A stretch of DNA of 64,000 bases, from NCBI GenBank assembly GCA_973895155.1, contig OZ316897.1, forward strand, positions 12,461,375-12,525,374, read 5' to 3'. The notes beneath the pieces were generated by a model. That model was not told the DNA's origin. It was given only the letters and a program-made list of their open reading frames with translations, and searched no databases. Both the position numbers and the translations under genes were made by a program. This stretch comes from Marsupella aquatica. Its lineage: Eukaryota; Plantae; Marchantiophyta. Positions 1-13,090 of the stretch are shown here, piece after piece. Within the stretch, counting starts at the first letter, position 1. Every line of letters starts with the position of its first letter.

Positions 1-241
1 GCTCCATTGTGATAGTCAAAGTGCGCTCCACCTTGCTGTGAACCAGGTGATGGACAGCAGAGTGAAGCACATTGACGTCAGGTACCATTTTATCAGGCAG
101 GCTGTGTCTGATAATTTGTTTGAGCTAGTCAAGATTGATGGTAAACTCAACCCGACTGACGCATTTACCAAAGTGATTCCTTTGGAGAGTTTCTCTAGAC
201 ACCATGACGTATTGCAGGTTTTGCAATTGCATCACAAGTAG
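1..241 (+). mobile_element. Ty1/copia LTR retrotransposon, C-terminal end of Pol (RNase H), truncated by the window edge
   Basis: Frame 2 reads LHCDSQSALHLAVNQVMDSRVKHIDVRYHFIRQ...NPTDAFTK, matching the copia RNase H motifs (CDxxSA, KHIDxRYHFIR, ADxxTK). Stop at 239-241. Confidence 0.93.
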
Positions 242-421
242 AGTTTTCTTAAACATTCATTGTAATTACTGATATATGCTCTTCCTCATTCCTATGTATT
301 AGGCTACGGCTTAGTTCTGGTTTGCTCTAGTTAGAGAGGGAAACCGGTTTGGTTTCTGTCCAGAACTTCCCGCTGAGGGATCATATACATTGGCAGTATT
401 ACTCTCCCCTAGACCAGAGTC

Positions 422-1032
422 AAGGGGAAGATTGTTGGGTATTTACTCTTACGTCTAGGTTAGGTATGACGTGGTTGGTACAACAACGTGGGTTGGTACA
501 ACTACGTGGTTAGGTACAACTACGTGATTAGGTACAACTATGTGGTTAGGTACAACTACGTGATTAGGTACAACTATGTGGTTAGGTACAACTAAGTTGC
601 ACACTATATCATAAGAGGCATGTGTGCTTGGAGAGGTAGAACCAAGGCTCATTGTTATGGAGCCACTTGAGAGATAGGGAGAGCTTACACTGTGGAGACT
701 CGATATAGCCGACGGGCTTAGAGTTCAGTAAAGCTCTCTTGTGTGTTCCCGTGGACGTAGCCTCAAGGAGGTGAACCACGTATCTCTTGTGTCGACTATT
801 GTGCGTTGGATGGTTCATGGGCTTGCCGTTGCGATCGTCGTCTATGCTCAACATAAACCCGTGATATGGGAGTGATGGAGCGACACGTGTCAAATGTTTT
901 TTATCACACATTTCATCGCATTGATCCATTTTTGTGCTTTCAATTGTGCTGAGATTGGAGCGGGTATTGAAGGTTCAAGACAAAGAAGCTGCATTCTTCT
1001 CCAGGCAACATTGCTGAGCCATTCAAACAACA
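422..1032 (+). mobile_element. Polypurine tract and 3' LTR (~600 bp) of the copia element
   Basis: Purine tract AAGGGGAAGA (422-431) is followed by TGTTG at 433. The complementary terminus CAACA is at 1028-1032 (alternative CAACA at 1006-1010). TATATC/TATA-like sequence lies near 605. Confidence 0.75.
471..595 (+). repeat. 18-bp tandem repeat (GTGGTTAGGTACAACTAC-like, ~7 copies) in the LTR U3 region
   Basis: Directly visible. It produces the VVPNHV-repeat ORF on the minus strand. Confidence 0.9.
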
Positions 1033-2512
1033 TTATACTAAACAGAGGCCATTTTCAAAAAACGTGACTTGACGTCTTGATTAATCCACGGGGTAGTCAA
1101 AGTTGTCAACTGCGATCCACGACTGGTTCCTTTTTCTTTTTGGTGTAAAATCAGTGATCACTTTATGCAGTCCATGGGGATGGGCAGGGACAAGGTCTTA
1201 GTTGGTCTACCATGGCTTCAGATTAGTGATGCACACATATATTTATATAACTTTATTATTATTACTTTTATAACAGTCTTGAAGAGTATCTCAATGGTGT
1301 GCATGTAACTCTTGCTCACTTAATTATATGTTCACTTGGCATGAGTCAGGTTCCGGGCCACATATATTTTTCAGGGGTCGCTCACATGCAAGTTGGCTCT
1401 TAGATCCAAGTCTCGCTTGCATGCTTAGACAGTTGCTTAAATGTGGAGTGACCATTAATTAACTTATCACAAATATGTTCCCTCTTTCTATGTTTTTGCG
1501 GTTTCCCTTTGCATACTTTCTTGTGGGTATGGTGTTTGTCCCCTTTCAACCTGATTGCTTGTCCTCATTGTGGTTTGTCTGGCCCTTTTAAAAAGGAAAA
1601 CACCGCGTGTAGTTTGATTTGGAATGCTTGCAAACAGGAAAGGTTATAAACATAAGGGTGTCTCAAACTTTCAAATTTGATGGATCTTAATCTCAGTAAG
1701 TAAGGTTACTAACATAAAAAGTTATGGACTCCCAAATTCATAATCCATAAGTTTTTGCCATAAGGATTGGTCATGACCATGATCATAAATCAATGTGGTG
1801 TGGAAAAAACCCAAAAAACCCCAAAAATGACAGAACCCTGGGCTAAAGTGATGACCATTTATTTATGGATCATAAATCAATATGGTGTGAAAAAAAACCC
1901 CAAAACCCCCAAAACTGACATAACCCTGGGCTAAAGTGATGACCATTTGTTTATGGCCAAAAGCCATAGTCCCCAACTTTGAAGCGATGAGACGCCCATG
2001 TTGCAAACAACAGAAATTGAACCAAAGTGGGCCTCTTTGGTCTTCTTGGGGTCTTTCCCCTCCCCCCTTTATTGGGCACTTTTGCCTTTGGGTTCCTGTC
2101 TTTCCCTTTGGCGATCCTGTCTTTTTGGCAGTTTGATTAAATCTGGATAACCATGAACCCAGTACTGTCTTTCCGTTTGGCGATCCTGTCTTTTTGGCAG
2201 TTTGATATATACTGGAGAACCCAGAGAACACGGTACTCTGCACAGTGGAATAAACACCACCCTTTTCCATTGTCTGCTCGGTGGCCAAGATATGTCCGCC
2301 CAGTACAGGGAAAAATGAGGACCCCCCCTCCCCCCACACACACCTTGACACTCTACCGCAGTGGACCATTCGTTGCCACCGTGCAAAGTCCTGTTCTGTT
2401 CCGTTCCTGAGGTTTTGCATCAGGGAAAGCAATTGCCCGCTCTGAATGTGCCTTGTTGTCGAGGGAAATGAAGGAACAACGAAAGATTGAAGTGATCAGA
2501 GTGCTCTGTTCT

Positions 2513-2541
2513 GTTGTTGTTGTTGTTGTTGTTGTTGTTGT
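2513..2541 (+). repeat. (GTT)n microsatellite in the presumed PTOX 5' leader
   Basis: About 9 perfect GTT units, ~300 bp upstream of the PTOX ATG. Confidence 0.9.
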
Positions 2542-2824
2542 GGCAAGAGCGAGAGGTGATTGATGAGGTGGGGCAAAACGATGGCGACTGTCGTAGAGGT
2601 TTTTCGAAGCTCCCGAGCTGGCGGGTTGGCCCAGGCTCCAGAGGTTGTAATTTCCATCTATGGCTCACTCGGGAGCAGCAGCACGGGTAGTGTGGCAGAT
2701 TGATCAAGTGATTGACAGGCGTGATAGCAATTCGTGCTGCTCGAAATTGAGGTGTGGATTTCTGATGTAGTGGTCTATCCTCTCGGAAGACTCGATTTGG
2801 CAGTAAGAAGGGAAGGGGGGAGCC

Positions 2825-5800
2825 ATGGGGACGCTGTGTATGGAGAATTCTGTGATGAGAACGGGAGGTTTTGCGGGCTCTTCGAGGAGTGTTGTTGCAG
2901 CAGCAGGTGGGAGTTTGGTAAGTAATGTGAAGTTTACTACCACTACTGCTGCTGCTACGGTGGGAGGTTTAGGGGATGCTGGTGGGCTGGAGTGTCGTTT
3001 TGTTCCATCAAGAAAGCACTTTCAAAAGTCTCGTGGCGATTCATTTGGCCAGCAGCTCAACCCTGGGAGAACTGAGCCGAAGAGGTTGGCATTCCTCTCC
3101 ATCTCTCTCTCAGCAGAATTGGTTCTGGCTCGTTTTTGGGTGAATTCTGGGGTTTGGACTAAGTAATCCTGCCTGTCACGTTGCATTAGATGCCAGAGTA
3201 TGGGCTCTGGACAATGGAGAGCAGATGATGGGCATTCGACGATGATTTTTTACACTTTGAGATCGGCTTACACTTTGGAGCTATTGTAGTTTCTCATGGT
3301 TTACCCTTTGTGCTCTCTGTTCCATGTCTCGTTGGGTCCTGGTAGAATAAATTCAGTGTATCTTTTCGGTGGCTGAGATTTTAGCAGCTCGGCTGTTTTC
3401 CACCCTCGGCAGTGAACGTCTTCGCCGCACATTAGTTTAGTAGAGTGGACCTCAGGTCAGAGCGGCTCACCTTCAGAATGTCTTGGAGAGCACCGATTGG
3501 CTGGAGTGAGAACGAGAATGGAAATTCGGTCTCTGGGCCGAATTACCGAAAGTTTATCGTCAACGTTTCTATGTTATTGATCCGATGTTTGTGAATGACA
3601 GGAGTAATGGAGCGAGGTCAGCTGTAGTCACAGAGCAGCCTGTCACAGACCAGCTTGACACTGATGCAGGAGGTTCCGTTGAAGGCCTGGAGAAGTGGGT
3701 GATTGCAGCAGAACAGGGTTTCAATGTATTTGCCACGGTATGATTCCCTTCAAGCTCGGCCTTCAGATGCAACAAGTGCATTCCATTGATGTGCAACTTT
3801 TGGACGAAGGAAACTAAAGAACTTGTCGAGTAGAACGTCGGATGCGCATTTCCAGCCTTTGAGGTCTACCCGTCATAATGACAGAGTCTGTGTTCAAACA
3901 GGAGCTGTCTTAGTCATCCCAAGTTTGGAAATAGGCCTCAAGTGCAATGCTTCCTCATCCTTGACGCATTACCTCTACTGATATATATTGCGAGAGTCCA
4001 GGTTTCTGGAACTATTTCTTTGTTTGAGTCTGTGGTCCTGCTTTCTGTGAATTTACTTTTTCGTGTCTTTCGTTGATTGTTAAGCTCAGGACCTCGTCGT
4101 GAAAATACTGGAGAAACTGTACGCCAAACGTCTTTATGCCAGATTTTATGTTCTGGAAACCATTGCTAGGGTGCCTTATTTTGGTAAGATATTTCCCGTG
4201 TAATCCATTTGCGTAGATTTTTTACAGTTGTCTCAAAAGTCTTGACATTTGGATGGGTATCTGTAATCTAGGTCACTGGGTTTGGCTACTGACAGCCTGC
4301 TTGCATTGGGATGTCTAGGTGGCAAAAGTAGCTGAGATGCTTAATATTCTTATGAGGCGTTTGATAGATGTAACTTTCAATCTACCTCTGAATAGGCTAG
4401 ATTGTGATGTCAATGAGTCTTGCTGAGATTGTATCATGGATTCGTTTGAGGTAATTTAAGATCACTGTGATTCTGGATGCAGCATTCGTATCTGTACTGC
4501 ATATGTATGAGAGCTTTGGGTGGTGGAGACGTTCAGACTATCTAAAAATCCATTTTGCAGAAAGTTGGAATGAGTTGCATCACCTTCTTGTGATGGAGGT
4601 TGAACCCTCTTACCTGATCTGCTTTCGTGCTTGTCGAGGCGTCTCATTTCAAAGCTAATTGCCACAGTTATCCCACCCTGCTGACCCGGGATTTAAATTT
4701 GCAAGACAACAACTGCCTATTTCAGAGCATAAGGAGCTCGTTAGCAATGAATGGAAACTAGACTTGGCGTCTTAGTTTAATGGCACATCGATAAAGAGCT
4801 TGCAATGGCACTAACACCCAGTAATTTCTTCTTCAGGCATTAGGTGGTGATGAACGATGGATCGACAGATTTTTTGCTCAGCACGTTGCTGTTGCTTACT
4901 ATTTCATGACGTCATTCATGTATTTAGTAAGCCCTCGAATGGCATGTGAGTGATGTTACTCGACCGGCAGCTTTCCTGCTTCCCTCACATTGATCTGTTC
5001 TGTTGAAACTTTCCTGCCAGAACGAATCACTCAGCCGTTATCTTACTCTTGTTTTGGTCCGGTTTACAATGGCAGATCACTTTTCAGAGTGTGTCGAGAA
5101 GCATGCCTTCGAGACGTACGATAAGTTCATAAAGTCAAATGGAGGTGGGTATAAAGGCCTTTTGGAGGGCTGGAAAAATCAACGTTGTTCTCTTTCATAT
5201 CAAGCATTGTCCTGACTACCGATTGCTACTACAGCTGTATGTTAGAGATAAAAACTTACAAGGACACAAGTGGACACAAGTAAAGCATATAAGTTTTTGA
5301 ATTGTGAACACGTGGTGCTAACGTCTTCTCACCCTAATTTGTGCAGAGGAATTGAAGAAACTTCCTGCTCCTGCTGTTGCCGTCCAGTATTACACCAAGG
5401 GTGATCTTTACATGTTCGGTGAGTGTCAGAGCATCTTGTGGTTCATAATGTCTATGAAAGACGGAGGATTGGAAGTGCTTGTTGTACAAGGTCTAGAGCT
5501 TGAGTTTTGAGGTCTACATCGATGCAGCAGATCGCACCTTGCTTCTGACAGTTTCCTCGCTGGGAGGAATCAGTTCTATTTGGTAGAAATAACATGGTTT
5601 ATTGCCATTCACAGACGAATTCCAGACCGATGTGCCTCCACATTCCCGTCGGCCTAAAATTGGTGAGTTTAATTCTCATTTATTCACCGATTGAGTTTTC
5701 CAAACTAGCCCCGCAAGCATATGGTTCGCTTACTATACTTTAACAAGCATTGGTCACAGATTATATTCAACCCTGGTTTTGACCATCCTTGCAGAGAATT

Positions 5801-6051
5801 TGTACGATGTTTTTGTAAACATTCGAGAAGACGAAGCCCAGCATTGCAAAACAATGCTGGCCTGTCAATCTGGATCAAGTCTGCGCTCTCCCCATGAAGA
5901 TGTTCCACTGACAGAACTGGCCAGTCTAGACAAAAGTGCTCTGCCTCCAGTAAATTGCGAGGGCCTATTGGAGTGTGCCATTACATCATCGTCATCTGCG
6001 GAACGGCTCAGAAAGAACGAAGGAGAATTGGCAGACAGAGGGAGACAATGA
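2825..6051 (+). CDS. PTOX: Plastid terminal oxidase (IMMUTANS/AOX4-like di-iron quinol oxidase), 9 exons, ~386 aa
   Basis: Exons 2825-3084, 3602-3737, 4090-4183, 4483-4598, 4837-4945, 5076-5144, 5347-5418, 5615-5662, 5795-6051. All GT-AG with consistent phases (1161 nt). Motifs: [51 protein letters not shown]. The N-terminus is Ser/Ala/Thr-rich, like a transit peptide. Confidence 0.95.
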
Positions 6052-7633
6052 ATATCTGGGGATCTCAAAGCTTATGAATCAGTTGTCTAGGGAGTGATTG
6101 GAATATTGTCCTTGAAAGCGACGACCGACATAGACACACCGAAGGCATATCGGTGTTTTACGGTTGTGGTTTCTGAACTTGTACAAAGTTGTGTTTTTGT
6201 CAGCTTTCAAGGTCCTACCTCTTTCGTGAGTGCATTGTGAAATGTTTCTTAATAGGGATCGTTCCACCAGTAGGCTGCGCGCAACTTAATATCGAGGCTG
6301 TTGATATTTACCAGTATGACAACTTGATGCCTCACTCTCATCCGCAAGCACCATTGATACACCATGAGACAAATTGAAGCAGGTGCAGAACCAGTGGCTT
6401 AAGCAATAGAATAGAAGCCAACAGTGTGGACAAAAACAGTTTTATGGGACATACTTCAAACCACGGAAAGAAACACAACTTTGATTCAGCTCTTCTGTTT
6501 TTATTTGCCCCTCTGTTGGCATTGTTGAAACGCCAACATTGAGAACAGTAATACCTCCACGTTCCAGTCATAGGGCAGACTTGGTATCCTTATCACACAT
6601 AAAGGATCGAATGCAAACACCTGAAGCAAAGCAATGTAGTGCGAGTCCAATTGTACAATAGATCAAAGTGAAAGACCAGAAAGTGGTGATGTCTTTTCGA
6701 TGCTGAACCCCGACATCTATGCGTTGAGAAGGACGAGGGCACGGTCATGGGCAGATTCGCAGGCAGCAAGTGCTTTCATGTTCCACAAATCTGTCCCGGG
6801 AAATTTTGTCTGCGTTTCGGCTCCCTGACATCACGTAAACCTCCGGGCAAAAGCCAAACGGAGCAAAGAGGCTCAACGAGACTACTTGAGTTCTTCTAGG
6901 AGGCTTACATCTCAGAATAGTCAGAAACGGATATGCCAGAATTGGCCATACGAATCTCCGAGAAGGAAGGAATTTTACAAATGCAGAGAAAATGAGACGG
7001 GTTCACATAAGTTAATGGATGACACAACGTGCGTATGTATAAATTTTAATATTGCCTGGCCTCCCATTGCATAGATTTGCACATTGTATTCCCATTGTAT
7101 CATCCCTAAAGCGAATATGATTAGATGTTGAAGTGAAATTAAAATGGCTCCGTCCCCACTTGAAATTTTGAAGAACTCGTGAAGCTGCAGCCTAGCCAGA
7201 GTTGGGCCAACGCTACTGCTGCAAGCAGAGGAACAGCAAAGAAAAGTCTCTTCCCTGCTGTAATTCAAATAGGCGAGGTCTGAGGATGACGAAGAGATAG
7301 CAGAAAGCTCAACAAGTGGATAGGTAGGAAATTAAAGACGAGAACGGAGATTCGGATGTAGGGAAAACGTTGCTATCTATTTCTACTCCGCATTGCCATA
7401 ATGGATTCCTTACAATGCCGTCAAGATTTATAGGTACATGTTTCCTGTGATCATGTTTCCCCAAACCAGATTTCAAAAGATTTTGTGCGGTGGGAGAAGT
7501 TTAGGGTTCAAGAGTGCGGACCTTTGGATTCCGAGCTCTTCATCCGAGATATCTTAAGAATTCTTCTTAGCAACAGAAGCAGGGAGCGGACAGCTAGGTG
7601 GAAGTCGGAAGCCATGAACATTTGAGGGCCGTT

Positions 7634-7643
7634 CTATAAATAT
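7634..7643 (+). promoter_or_regulatory. Candidate TATA box (CTATAAATA) upstream of the ALG13-like gene
   Basis: Consensus plant TATA box ~860 bp upstream of ATG 8497. The link to this gene is unproven. Confidence 0.3.
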
Positions 7644-8496
7644 GGCTCTTCCGGAAGTGTAGATTTGTGCTGCGAGAATGGGAGAGAGTCGCGCTACGCA
7701 TTGTTGGAACGGCTGAATTTGGAGACCATTCAGAACACATACGCATGAGGCTTTTGCATGCATATGTGATACTAAATTGCAGAAAAACTGGACATCAGAT
7801 GAACCGGATGGAATCTTTGCTCAGGAAGACGGAAATGGCAAATTGCTTGCCTGATCTATTTACTTGTACGACTACAAAAAAATCATCTGTAAACTCGAAG
7901 ACATGAATTCTACAGCAGGCCTCATGTCTTTGGAACGACAATTATTGAACCGTAATATTCCAGTGTGAGAAACAAACACTTGGTAAAGGATCGAACTTCA
8001 AATCAAATATTTGATCTCGAAGAGCCGACTTTGGAGACTTTTGGGAAACAGTTTACTGCTCCATAGCCGCTCTGATCTCATCTTTTCGGGGATTACACCT
8101 AGACTGCAGAACTTCTGACAGAGTAGCTAGAGTGGATAAATTCACTTGCTTTTCTCCCCGGCCTAGGCCAAGGAGAAACTTGAGTGTGACCACCATGTTT
8201 TGGAGAAATTCTGTGGAAAGTTTGGAGAAGCATCGGTGGAGGAACAATTTGGCGTGAATCGACTAAACGTTTGAAAGTTTTCGAGGACTTGATTTGCTAC
8301 TTGCCCGAGGCAATGATTATCTCAGCAAATTCTCGACATGTATGTCTTGAGTACTTGAGAGATCAAACCCGAGACTTCCTCGGTTGATATTCATATCCTC
8401 TACAGTCCTTTCAGAGTCTTAGACTTTCATTCGAGGCTTTTGAGGAACAAGATTGTCAGAATTTTTCAATTCCTCCTGTGTTGAAGTATATTTGAC

Positions 8497-9878
8497 ATGG
8501 CTTTACTCAGCAACGATTCTGGAGCTCTGGTGCAAGCTGTGCCAAGAGCTCAGTGTTCGCCAGTGAAGGGAAGAGTTTTTGTAACGGTCGGCAGCACTCC
8601 TGAAGCGCGTTTTGACGATCTAGTGGAGACAGTGACAACGCCCAAGTGTTTGCGAGTGTTGGAAAACCGGGGTTACACATCTCTTGTCATCCAGCGGGGG
8701 AATGGACGTTTTCTGCCAGCAAAGGTGATGATAATGTTCTCTCGATAACAACATAGCTACCCGTGTTTCGTCAAACCTTGCTTGCCTTCACTTTTCATAC
8801 CATGTTTCATTTCTACTGCATGATCCCAAGCAAACAAACTTAAGTTACTTCAATTTGTGGGTAGTTCTGAATCACTCCTTTGTTTGCCTCTGATGACTGT
8901 AGTCCAAGGCAAACGACTCCTTGCAAGTTGAACATTTCGGCTCTAGACCCAACATCAACGAGATTATAAATGATAACATCCACGCTGCTTGTCTTGTAAT
9001 CGGCGATGCTGGTAACTCCCTCGAACCGCCATGAGTAGAAGTACACTACAAATAGAATTGGATTTTAGTTGGGGAGAACAGCAAAAGGTTGGTCATTGTC
9101 TAATCGAATCTTACTGGGAATCGTTAATGCCCATCAGAAATTTTTTGTGTATGATCATGCCAGCATTGCCCACTTTCGGACGGAGGATCGTTGGGCCTCG
9201 TCCAAGCTCAATTTTACAAGCGAATAATTTGTGTTCTATTTGGGTGGTGAGAAAATCATCGAAGGAAAAAACAGAATGCTAAAAATGAAGCTCGAACACT
9301 TGGAAGAAACAAATTGAATTTTCTTTGGCAAAATGCTGATAAACCTAATTACGATGACAGCTTATTGAGTTATGCCTTGTCTTGAATTTCTAGAGTTTTA
9401 ATTTGGTGCCCCTGTCCCACTTCACTCTATGGCCAGTCACCAACGGTGATTCTATTGGCATACAGGTGCCGATACTATTTTCAAAACCTTGCGTGCTCAC
9501 AGGCCTCTCGTCGTTGTTCTGAACAAGCAATTCTCGGGCGAGTATGAGCTGGAAATGGCTAAACAATTTTCAAAGTTTATGTATTGCTGCAGTCCAGAGA
9601 CACTGGTGAACACATTGAGCATCATGGATCTGGAATCTCTCGTTCCATACCCACCGCTTCCACCTCCTTTCCCTGTCATGGCAGATCTCAATAATTCACT
9701 CCGTCATTTTCTTTCGGAAAACAAGGCTCTCGCCCCATTCCGGGACACAGTGACTAAATCCACCACCCCTACTCCAGAATCGCCAAATACAGTCCCGGAG
9801 CCAACGTCATGTTTGGAGAAACTGTCGCCTACCAATGTCAAATCGAAAGATGGTAAAGGCAAAAGGGGCAAAAAATGA
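8497..9878 (+). CDS. ALG13: ALG13-like UDP-sugar transferase subunit (GT28 C-terminal domain), divergent, 3 exons, ~249 aa
   Basis: Exons 8497-8724, 8903-9011, 9466-9878 (750 nt, in frame). VFVTVGST..FDDLV..LENRGYTSLVIQRGNG, ACLVIGDAG, IFKTLRAHRPLVVVLN and SPETLVNTLSIMDLESLVPY align with plant ALG13 along its length, but key motifs are altered. C-terminal Pro/Thr/Lys-rich extension. Confidence 0.8.
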
Positions 9879-11319
9879 TTGCTCTGCAAGCACATATATG
9901 AACGACCCAAAGTTCCGTTACTTTCTGATCTAACAAGTCGAGATAGGCTCCGATTGCTTCAATTGTTTGTGTTTACTGTATATATTTGGAGCACGTAACA
10001 GACCAAATTCCGTCCGTGAGTCAAAAAATGTGCAGTTGTAGACCTCGTGTTCGGCCGAAACTTAGCATTTCAGCCCTCACTGACTAGCCAGGGACGGTTC
10101 GAAGGTCAGCTGTGATATCGATCAGGTCAGCTGTCAGACTAGGTTCAATCTGGCTTGCTCCATTTTGTAACGTTCTAATTTTGCAAAGCACTGCTAGCGA
10201 TGGATTCCAAAGCAGTCACCAAATATCTAATATCTGAGGTGTTTGGTTTACAGAGCTTATCAAGCATGCACATTCCGTTTGGCAGTATGTTAATTGTTTC
10301 CCGTGCTGTTCGTGACTTGGTGAGATGAATGATCGAGTGCGGGTTCCTATCAATTCCGTTCAACTACCATCATTTGTGGGGACCGATCTTCATGGACAGT
10401 AAGCGAGGAGAAAGAAATCAAAATCTTACTCAATTGAATCTAGCTCTCCATTCCAATGAGCCCCATATACAAGAGAATTGCAGCAAACACAAACCGTAGG
10501 TTCGCAATTGCAAACGATTGATCTTTTCAAATTTTGAAGATTCTGAAGATCGACCATGTTCAAACGATTTTCTAGAAGCTCAATTCAATTCTATGCTTCA
10601 AATGAATATCCATGATCTCAACGTTCGAAGGAGATTCTCTTGTTTTCTAAAACTCATGAGAATTTTTCATAGCTGCACCAATCACAACCACGGTTGAAAA
10701 TTTTTAATAGCACCAAATCACACAATTCTCTCGCTTTCAAAAACGCATTGAACTCAAATTTCCAAAAATTACTGTTCGAAGAGAACTTTTGATCTACAAA
10801 TGCACTCATGGCCACACCACTGGGCTACCCGTATGAGTTTTCTTCGGAAAACTGTGCCAACAGAAGACTTTGGAACCCCTCAGCAATGTTACGTGCTGTA
10901 GACGATAGATGCGAAGAAACAGGAGATTGTTGACTTCGTTTTCATCAAGGCATTTTCCGTCGTCACAGTGCCATAGGCGTTTTCCTACATTTAGCCTCTC
11001 GATACTGTAGTTCCAGGATACCTCTGTCGATCCTTGTCGCGACACAGTCAGTACGTTTATGGCTTTATCTTTCTGATTCCGATTGACCAGAATACCTCGA
11101 TCCTTTCCGATTCCAATTGAATGTGTGTCGCGACACGGATAGAGGTGTCGTGGACTCACTCGGATTTCGAAAATGACACAGGAATCGGAAATCAAGCTTC
11201 ACTTAAGGTATTACACATTCTCATTTCGATCATAAATTGCTTTCATTAACAGCTCTGCAGGAGGAAGGTAAACTGAGTCAGATTGTCTCCATCCAAAGAA
11301 AGCTGAGAAGCAATGACGA

Positions 11320-12560
11320 AATGCTTCACACATTTTGTTCCACCAGAAAAAAACCATTGTTTCTTTGGATTGAGCGAATCGGCGGTCAGCGCTAAATCGT
11401 TCACGACTGAGAATTTATACATGTCACACTGCCAAAAATATAAAAGCTCCCAACGAGACACCATCGATCCAAATGCACACATTTTGTTCCCACCAGAAAA
11501 ACCATTATTTCTTTGAATGGGCGGTCATGGTTAAATCATTCACTATTGAGATTATATTTTTAGACTTAAAGGCGCATCAGAAGAGGACAAACACCTAAAA
11601 AGAAAGAAAAGCAACTGTAAACCTAAAAAAGATTATATATGTCTCACACTATATGTCTCACACTGCCAAGAAAACAAAAGCACCCAATAAGGTGACAGAA
11701 CCCCACCAAATGAACACATTTTATTCCACCAGGAAAAAACAGTATTTTATTGGATTGAGCGAATGGCGGTAATCGCTACAGTAGATCACTCACGATTGAG
11801 ATTATACATGTAACACGCTGCCAACAAACTACTGTAAAGCTCCCATAAGGAGACGGAACCCGACCAAACCAGACATTTTATTCCACCAGAAAAAAAACAT
11901 TGTTTCATTGGATTGAGCGAATGGCGGTCGTCAGTAAATCATTCACAATTGAGATTATTATATGTATCACCCAGAGAAAAAAAAAAACATTATTTCATTG
12001 GATTGAGCGAACGGCGGTCATCAGTAAATCATTCACAATTGAGATCATTATATGTATCACACAGAGGAAAAAAAACATTATTTCATTGGATTGAGCGAAT
12101 GGCGGTCATCAGTAAATCATTCACGATTGAGATTTTATATGTATCACACGGCCAACAAAAGAAAAGCTTTCCAATAAGGGAGAGAACCTTATTCCACCAG
12201 AGACAACATTATTTCATTGCATTGAGCAAATGGGGGTCCTTCACGACTGAGATTATCACACTGCCAAAAAGACGAAATCTCCCAACGAGCAGACATGCAC
12301 ACATTTTATTCCACCAGGAAAAAACATTTTTCATTGGATTGAGCAATGGGCGGTCATAGCTAAGTCCTTCACGACTGAGATATTATATATATCACACACT
12401 GCCCACAAAACCAAAGCTTTCAACGGGAGACACTATCTCAGGAAATGCTTCGCACATTGTATCTTACCAGACAGAACATTATTTCATTCGATTGAGCAAA
12501 AGGGCCGGCATTGCTAGGTTTGTCATGATTGAGATTATAAATATCACATTGCCAAATAAT
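11320..12560 (+). repeat. Degenerate satellite: ~150-bp unit (core CATTATTTCATTGGATTGAGCGAATGGCGGTCATCAGTAAATCATTCACGATTGAGATT), ~9 copies with shorter ~80-90-bp inner units
   Basis: Units start near 11327, 11477, 11714, 11873, 11980, 12065, 12189, 12297 and 12452. Confidence 0.85.
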
Positions 12561-13090
12561 ACTAAAGTTCCCAACTACACGAGGACATAAGTTCACACCT
12601 AATATTTGACACAATTGACTTCACAAGGAAAGACCAGGAACAAAAACTGCAGTTGGGTGAAAGACTTGGTGAGCAGCTTCTCTTCGCTGATCTTTCAGGA
12701 AACCATAAAAATACTAGGTTGCCGTGTTAGGATTGAATGAAAATTTGGTCATGCGATCATAGTGAGGTTGTTGATCGTCTTGGAGAATTGTGGCCCTTCG
12801 AAAATAATTCTAGCATACTAAAGTCGAAACAATTTGGAAAGTTGCACACTAAAGTTGAAACAAACCAGAAAGTTGCATTTTCTCATGAGCAGCCACTTGA
12901 GGTTGATATTCACTAGGGCTGGCTTTAGTTCTTTAAGGCGGCTGCTGTTGAGGACCTCGGACTCCTTGGTCTTCCCAGGCTTTCCACCTGTTTTCTCGCC
13001 TTTTAATGGGTCTCCTTTTGGGGGGGTCCTATCTCCCAGTTTGCCTTATTTTTGCTCTTTTGTAGCACTATATATATAAATATATATACA

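Noticed and set aside
1863-2432. 189-aa minus-strand ORF upstream of PTOX
   Set aside because: Composed of locally duplicated repeat fragments (QTAKKTGSP x2) with no domain.
6600-7300. Possible small minus-strand spliced gene between PTOX and the ALG13-like gene
   Set aside because: Acceptor-like sites exist, but no coherent start, exon chain or recognisable protein could be built.
8840-9046. Minus-strand ORF containing SIADY, which echoes a plant ALG13 peptide and could suggest an inverted exon
   Set aside because: The plus strand at 8903-9011 already gives a properly spliced, in-phase ALG13 exon 2. The 5-residue antisense match is best explained as chance.
11320-12560. CRISPR-like array
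   Set aside because: Eukaryotic context, no cas genes, degenerate repeats and mutually homologous spacers.
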